From a virus (lineage: Duplodnaviria; Heunggongvirae; Uroviricota; Caudoviricetes): DNA of 36,917 nt. A program made the position numbers and the translations under genes. The DNA lies in the IMG/VR virus record IMGVR_UViG_3300021404_000007, positions 64,001 to 100,917 of that record. One strand, written 5' to 3'. Numbering within the stretch: position 1 is the stretch's first letter; each line of letters starts with the position of its first letter. This document shows positions 33,561-36,917 of this stretch, piece by piece. A model generated the notes under the pieces. It searched no databases, was not told the DNA's origin, and saw only the letters and a list, made by a program, of their open reading frames with translations.

Positions 33561-33709
33561 TCGAGTGTCATCTCCACGCGGCCGGTGTCCTCGTCGTAGT
33601 CCAGGGTCTTGACCACCCCGGTGTAGATCACGCCAGCGATCTCCACCCCGACCCGCACGCCCTTGCGCACGTTGTAGTCCCTGAAGTCGACGAACGGGTT
33701 GTCGCTCAC
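33557..33709 (-). CDS. Small SH3/Sm-like beta protein (50 aa)
   Basis: Manual translation MSDNPFVDFRDYNVRKGVRVGVEIAGVIYTGVVKTLDYDEDTGRVEMTLE; GTGA overlaps at both ends. Confidence 0.65.
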   Translation of the reverse strand: MSDNPFVDFRDYNVRKGVRVGVEIAGVIYTGVVKTLDYDEDTGRVEMTLE

Positions 33710-33882
33710 CGCCGCTCCCCGAAGTTGCGGTGCGGCCGGGTTTCCGCATCCGGGCGCGGCCCGACCCCGAACATCATCGTCATGCCGTGGGCCTTGCGTT
33801 CCTCCTCACAGCGGTCACACGGGCAACTCGGGGTATAGACCCAGCTCTCTTTATGGAGATGCACATGGTCCTGCTCGCTCAT
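33706..33882 (-). CDS. Small His/Cys-containing hypothetical protein (58 aa)
   Basis: MSEQDHVHLH...SCPCDRC...; ATGA and GTGA overlaps. Confidence 0.6.
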   Translation of the reverse strand: MSEQDHVHLHKESWVYTPSCPCDRCEEERKAHGMTMMFGVGPRPDAETRPHRNFGERR

Positions 33883-34058
33883 ACCCGCCTGTCCCTTCCC
33901 GGCCGGTTCTCGGCCATCCGGCGCAGGCTGTGCATCACGCCGTTCGCGCTCATGCCCACCTGCTTGCCGATGTCCCGGTAGGACATGCCGCGGCGGCGCA
34001 GCTCGGCGATCTTCTTGTCGCGCTCGTCCGCGCCCATCCGGTAGTACCGGCCGGCCAT
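33879..34058 (-). CDS. Small helix-turn-helix DNA-binding protein (59 aa)
   Basis: Manual translation MAGRYYRMGADERDKKIAELRRRGMSYRDIGKQVGMSANGVMHSLRRM..., a classic HTH; TAATG overlap start. Confidence 0.82.
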   Translation of the reverse strand: MAGRYYRMGADERDKKIAELRRRGMSYRDIGKQVGMSANGVMHSLRRMAENRPGRDRRV

Positions 34059-34258
34059 TATTTGTCTCGGAAGAAGACGGGCTTGTCCTCGGCCGTCATC
34101 TCGGCCACCGGACCCTGCGGGCCGAAGGTGGCCAGCTCGATGCGGCAGGCCATCTCGCTCATCATGTTGCGGAAGGTCTGGCGGTTGTCGGCGTCCACCG
34201 CCAGCTGCTCAACCACCTGCCGGTTGCCGATCTCCAACGCCACGGTCGCCTTCATCAT
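34058..34258 (-). CDS. Hypothetical protein (66 aa), probably from a leaderless transcript
   Basis: MMKATVALEIGNRQVVEQL...; the ATG lies 7 nt after a TAATGT -10 box. Confidence 0.7.
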   Translation of the reverse strand: MMKATVALEIGNRQVVEQLAVDADNRQTFRNMMSEMACRIELATFGPQGPVAEMTAEDKPVFFRDK

Positions 34259-34294
34259 GGGTGTCACATTAGGCGTGTCACACAGCGGTGTCAC
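34259..34294 (-). promoter_or_regulatory. SigA-like promoter GTGACA-N17-TAATGT-N7-ATG (leaderless)
   Basis: -35 at 34294-34289, -10 at 34271-34266, 17-nt spacer, and the start codon at the expected +1. Confidence 0.65.
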
Positions 34295-34315
34295 ATACCG
34301 TCACACGGTGTGTCA
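34261..34315. repeat. Array of GTGTCACA direct repeats with about 13-nt period
   Basis: Exact copies at 34261, 34275 and 34288; degenerate copies at about 34299 (CGTCACAC) and 34308 (GTGTGTCA). Confidence 0.85.
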
Positions 34316-34399
34316 GCGGCGTATCACCGGCACCAGCCCCAGCAGCAGAATGATGATCTGCAGCACCAGGACGATGATCAGGATGGTGTGGTCGTCCAT
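34313..34399 (-). CDS. 28-aa single-TM micropeptide
   Basis: MDDHTILIIVLVLQIIILLLGLVPVIRR, with a TGATG overlap with the upstream stop. Confidence 0.65.
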   Translation of the reverse strand: MDDHTILIIVLVLQIIILLLGLVPVIRR

Positions 34400-34566
34400 C
34401 AGACCAGGGTGATCGCGCTGGCCGAGGTGTTCACGTTCACGTGGCTCTCAAAGCCGGGCGTCTGCACGTCCGCGTTCTTCAGCCACGCGCGCAACTGTCC
34501 CAGCGTGCACGGCGTGGTCAGCGGGCTGGCCGGGCTCGGTATGGCCTGCGGGTCGGGGTTTGTCAT
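34399..34566 (-). CDS. Small hypothetical protein (55 aa)
   Basis: MTNPDPQAIPSPASPLTTPCTLGQLRAWLKNAD...; GAGG RBS before the ATG. Confidence 0.6.
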   Translation of the reverse strand: MTNPDPQAIPSPASPLTTPCTLGQLRAWLKNADVQTPGFESHVNVNTSASAITLV

Positions 34567-34584
34567 GCCTCACATGATGCGGGA

Positions 34585-34608
34585 CGCTGCCGCCGATTGG
34601 CGGCAGCG
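34585..34608 (-). terminator. GC-rich hairpin (10-bp stem, 4-nt loop), possible U-less intrinsic terminator or processing stem
   Basis: CGCTGCCGCC-GATT-GGCGGCAGCG lies 15 nt downstream of the Ig-like gene stop; no U-tract. Confidence 0.55.
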
Positions 34609-34623
34609 CCACGCACCCTTACG

Positions 34624-35295
34624 TCAGCGACCGCGCCGTGACTGTGGTGTGACCTCCACGTCGCCGCCATCGCCGCCGTTCGGCAACTGCACCGGCTCGT
34701 CCGGCGGGGTCGGGGTGTCGGCGGTGGTGAAGGTGATGCTGCCGGCCACGGTGTCGCCCGCGATAACGGTGACGGCGCCGGTCAGCAGGATGTCCGTGGG
34801 GTCGCCCACGCCGTCATGCGTCTCTTGTGTCTCCACCGACACGGCGGCCACGCCGGTGCCGCCGACCACGTTGAAGGTGGCGGACAGGCCGTCGTCGGCC
34901 GGGGTAACGGTCAGGATCGACTCGTCGCTCACGGTCCAGGTGGGTGTCACGTCGGGTGGCGTTACGTTGCCCTTGGCGTCGGTGAATTGAACCGTCGCGC
35001 TTAGCGCGGTCTCTTCAGCTTTTACGGTGATCTCGCCCATTTGAGAGCCTTCCTGTGTTGTGAATGTGATGGCGCCACCGGTTATGTCGTCATCGGGCCC
35101 AGGCGGGTAAATCAATATCTCGCCCTTGTATGTGATCCTCCACGGCTTCATCTTCATCTCGGCCTCCGGCGGGCAGTTGTGGCGGCGGCACTCCCTACGA
35201 TCTTCGCGGCGATCCTTGCGGCGGTCCTCGCGGCGATCCTCGCGTCGTTCGTGCCGTTGGGGTCTGCGCCACCAGCGGAGAAACACACGCCTCAC
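34624..35295 (-). CDS. Ig-like (Big_2-type) domain protein with charged REDR-repeat N-terminus and nested in-frame starts
   Basis: Ig-like core VQFTDAKGN...TWTVSDESILTV...SATFNVVG.GVAAVSV. Strong RBSs precede ATG 35157 (GGAGG) and ATG 35040 (AGGAAGG). The true start is uncertain. Confidence 0.7.
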   Translation of the reverse strand: MRRVFLRWWRRPQRHERREDRREDRRKDRREDRRECRRHNCPPEAEMKMKPWRITYKGEILIYPPGPDDDITGGAITFTTQEGSQMGEITVKAEETALSATVQFTDAKGNVTPPDVTPTWTVSDESILTVTPADDGLSATFNVVGGTGVAAVSVETQETHDGVGDPTDILLTGAVTVIAGDTVAGSITFTTADTPTPPDEPVQLPNGGDGGDVEVTPQSRRGR

Positions 35296-35344
35296 CGTAA
35301 ACGGGCGGGCGGTAATCTACGGCAGCGACACGCTTAACGCGAGG

Positions 35345-35581
35345 CTAATAACGCCGGTCGGCCGCGTTCTGCTGCTGCTCGGTGGTGGGCTCCACCCGCC
35401 TGCTGGTGGCGTCGAAGTCGCGCAGCCGGGTGTCCAGGTCCACCAGCATGTCCCGGCCCTCCTCGATCAGCGCCGCCATCTTGTCGATGTAGGACTTCAG
35501 CTGGCCCCGCGCCGCGTTCACCAGCCCGGCCTCGTCGCCCTGCAACTGCTCCGGCTCTTGCCGCTTGTTTCGGTGTTTCAT
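35345..35581 (-). CDS. Small coiled-coil hypothetical protein (78 aa)
   Basis: Helical heptad pattern LVNAARGQLKSYIDKMAALIEEGRDMLVDLDTRL; high-GC codon bias. Confidence 0.65.
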   Translation of the reverse strand: MKHRNKRQEPEQLQGDEAGLVNAARGQLKSYIDKMAALIEEGRDMLVDLDTRLRDFDATSRRVEPTTEQQQNAADRRY

Positions 35582-35611
35582 GCTGCGTGGGGTAGCCGTT
35601 CCAGGGTTTGC

Positions 35612-36676
35612 TCAACCGAGTAGCGCAAGCTGGTCGCCAGTGCCGGTATGGCTCTTGGTGCTGTTGCAGATGAAATGCGCGCACTGCGTGTTCAGGTACG
35701 TGTAGCCGCCTCCAAGGGCCATCGGGACCTTGCAGTCGATGCTGGCGCTTCTCGGGTGTGGGTGCTTCAGGCGCCTATTCACCTTCTTGCCGCAGATGCC
35801 ACAGCGCCAGCCATCTCGCGCGAACACCTTCATGACGTTCACCGGCTCGTACTCGACGCCGTAGCGTCTGGCCCTATGGCGGTGGCTGTCGGCGGTGCGG
35901 TTTTTCTTGCGCACCACCCTCGCGGCAGCCTTGCGGCACGCTTCACAGTGCCGGGCCCATCGCTTCGTACCCAGCGGGGCCCCACACTTCTTGCAGTGGG
36001 TGTTCACTTGGGACCATTGCGAGGCGATCTGCCGCCGTCGATTCCATACATGGCCACACCTACGGGAGCAGTATGTTCTCCCTGGTCGGCATATCCATCG
36101 CTCGCATTCACGGCATGGGTGCCAGTCCAGCGCCGTCGTCGTGCGCTTGCGCCGCGCCCAGCTATGGCAGTCCTGGGAGCAAAACCGGTTCGCGCGGCTG
36201 TTCTGCCACCAAAACTCGGTGCCGCAGTATTCACAGGTGAGCTTGGGGGTGGCGTAGTACTCACGCGCGGCGCGTCTCCGGTCCGCGCGCTGGCAGTTGT
36301 CCGAGCAGTATTTCTGGCTTCTCGACCGGCGCTCGAATGGCTGGCCGCAGCGCGGGCATTCGCTCTGGCGTGCCAGTCGTCGGCAGTTCAGGCAGACGTG
36401 CGGCTTTTCCGGGTGTTTTTTGTTGCTTCGCCAGCACACCTCGTTGCACTGGCTGCATCGCGTGGCCTGGCTATGGTCAGTGGCCTTTTTTCGGTCCCGG
36501 CGCCGGTCTATCTCGCGGCGGCGCTCTCGGTTCACGGCGTTGTATGCGCGTGTTGTGTTGGTATCCAACCGCTCGGCTATTTCGACGTAGCTCAGGCCTT
36601 CGGCGCGCAGTTGCTGTGCTAATTCATCAAAGGATGATATGCAGCGCGCTGCGTGAACTGCTGCGTCTGGCGGCAC
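35612..36676 (-). CDS. HNH-family endonuclease-like protein with N-terminal HTH and multiple Zn-finger repeats (354 aa); catalytic His appears replaced by Cys
   Basis: C-terminal VFARDGWRCGIC...SIDCKVPMALGG...NTQCAHFICNSTK; three CxxC...CSxxC repeats; HTH LRAEGLSYVEIAERL. The start is placed at GTG 36676 from the promoter geometry. Confidence 0.8.
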   Translation of the reverse strand: MPPDAAVHAARCISSFDELAQQLRAEGLSYVEIAERLDTNTTRAYNAVNRERRREIDRRRDRKKATDHSQATRCSQCNEVCWRSNKKHPEKPHVCLNCRRLARQSECPRCGQPFERRSRSQKYCSDNCQRADRRRAAREYYATPKLTCEYCGTEFWWQNSRANRFCSQDCHSWARRKRTTTALDWHPCRECERWICRPGRTYCSRRCGHVWNRRRQIASQWSQVNTHCKKCGAPLGTKRWARHCEACRKAAARVVRKKNRTADSHRHRARRYGVEYEPVNVMKVFARDGWRCGICGKKVNRRLKHPHPRSASIDCKVPMALGGGYTYLNTQCAHFICNSTKSHTGTGDQLALLG

Positions 36677-36683
36677 GCCGGCA

Positions 36684-36692
36684 ATTTTACCA
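36684..36692 (-). promoter_or_regulatory. Extended -10 promoter TGGTAAAAT, 7 nt before the GTG start (leaderless)
   Basis: TGn-TAAAAT read on the minus strand, followed by TGCCGGC and an in-frame GTG. Confidence 0.6.
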
Positions 36693-36876
36693 AAACACCT
36701 CCTGACCTGCGGTGATGCTTCAGCACGGCGTGGCGCGTCACGGGGGGAAGGGGTGTCACATCCGGGTACCTGCTGTGTCCCGGGGGTAGCGGACAAGGCT
36801 TCCACCGGAGCGCGCCTTCAGGAGCGCCCAAGTTTTGGACCCCCTACCACCTGGGGCAACACGCGGGAAGCAACGC

Positions 36877-36916
36877 CAAACCCGTTGTGCCGCAAGGCAT
36901 TTGGGCAAACCCGTTG
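36877..36916. repeat. 11-bp direct repeat CAAACCCGTTG x2
   Basis: Copies at 36877-36887 and 36906-36916 in the non-coding right edge. Confidence 0.75.
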
Positions 36917-36917
36917 C

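Larger units (their letters stand above)
1..36917 (-). mobile_element. Siphovirus (phage or prophage) structural and packaging module, actinobacterial/mycobacteriophage-like
   Basis: Canonical synteny terS-terL-portal-protease-MCP-connectors-MTP-TAC frameshift-TMP-minor tails. Genes are tightly coupled by ATGA/TGATG/TAATG overlaps on the minus strand, with high-GC codon usage. Confidence 0.97.

Noticed and set aside
34261-34315. CRISPR-like array interpretation of the repeats (also 10521-10556 and 35190-35250)
   Set aside because: Repeat units are only 8-12 nt with no unique 25-45-nt spacers and no cas genes.
35041-35337. Plus-strand ORF with an apparent TM helix (IFAAILAAVLAAILAS)
   Set aside because: It is the antisense reading of the REDR repeat. 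Synonymous variation fits the minus-strand frame, and there is no RBS.
1-36917. tRNA, rRNA, integrase, IS elements and lysis genes
   Set aside because: No cloverleaf or rRNA-like sequence, no recombinase or transposase motifs, and no lysin or holin cassette were recognisable. These may lie outside the window.

Overview
The whole window is the virion-morphogenesis arm of a high-GC siphovirus or prophage of Actinobacteria (mycobacteriophage-like). Almost every real gene is on the minus strand and reads right to left. Order: Zn-finger/HNH gene, Ig-like protein, small HTH and micro-ORFs, an out-of-place block of tail-fibre-like genes (30.5-33.6 kb), two paralogous SAM methyltransferases, terminase small and large subunits, HK97-type portal, multi-domain prohead protease, a methyltransferase-glycosyltransferase fusion, HK97 major capsid protein, head-tail connectors, major tail protein, tail assembly chaperones with a GGGGGAA -1 frameshift, a 2415-aa tape measure protein, and minor tail proteins running off the left edge. 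The only convincing plus-strand gene is a winged-HTH regulator inserted antisense inside the tail operon. No integrase, lysis cassette, tRNA, rRNA or CRISPR array was seen, so free phage versus prophage cannot be decided. The strongest candidate for a new system is a virion glycosylation plus methylation cassette (one GT and three small-molecule-type MTases) embedded in the head and packaging genes. All product calls come from motif recognition and synteny; no database searches were run.
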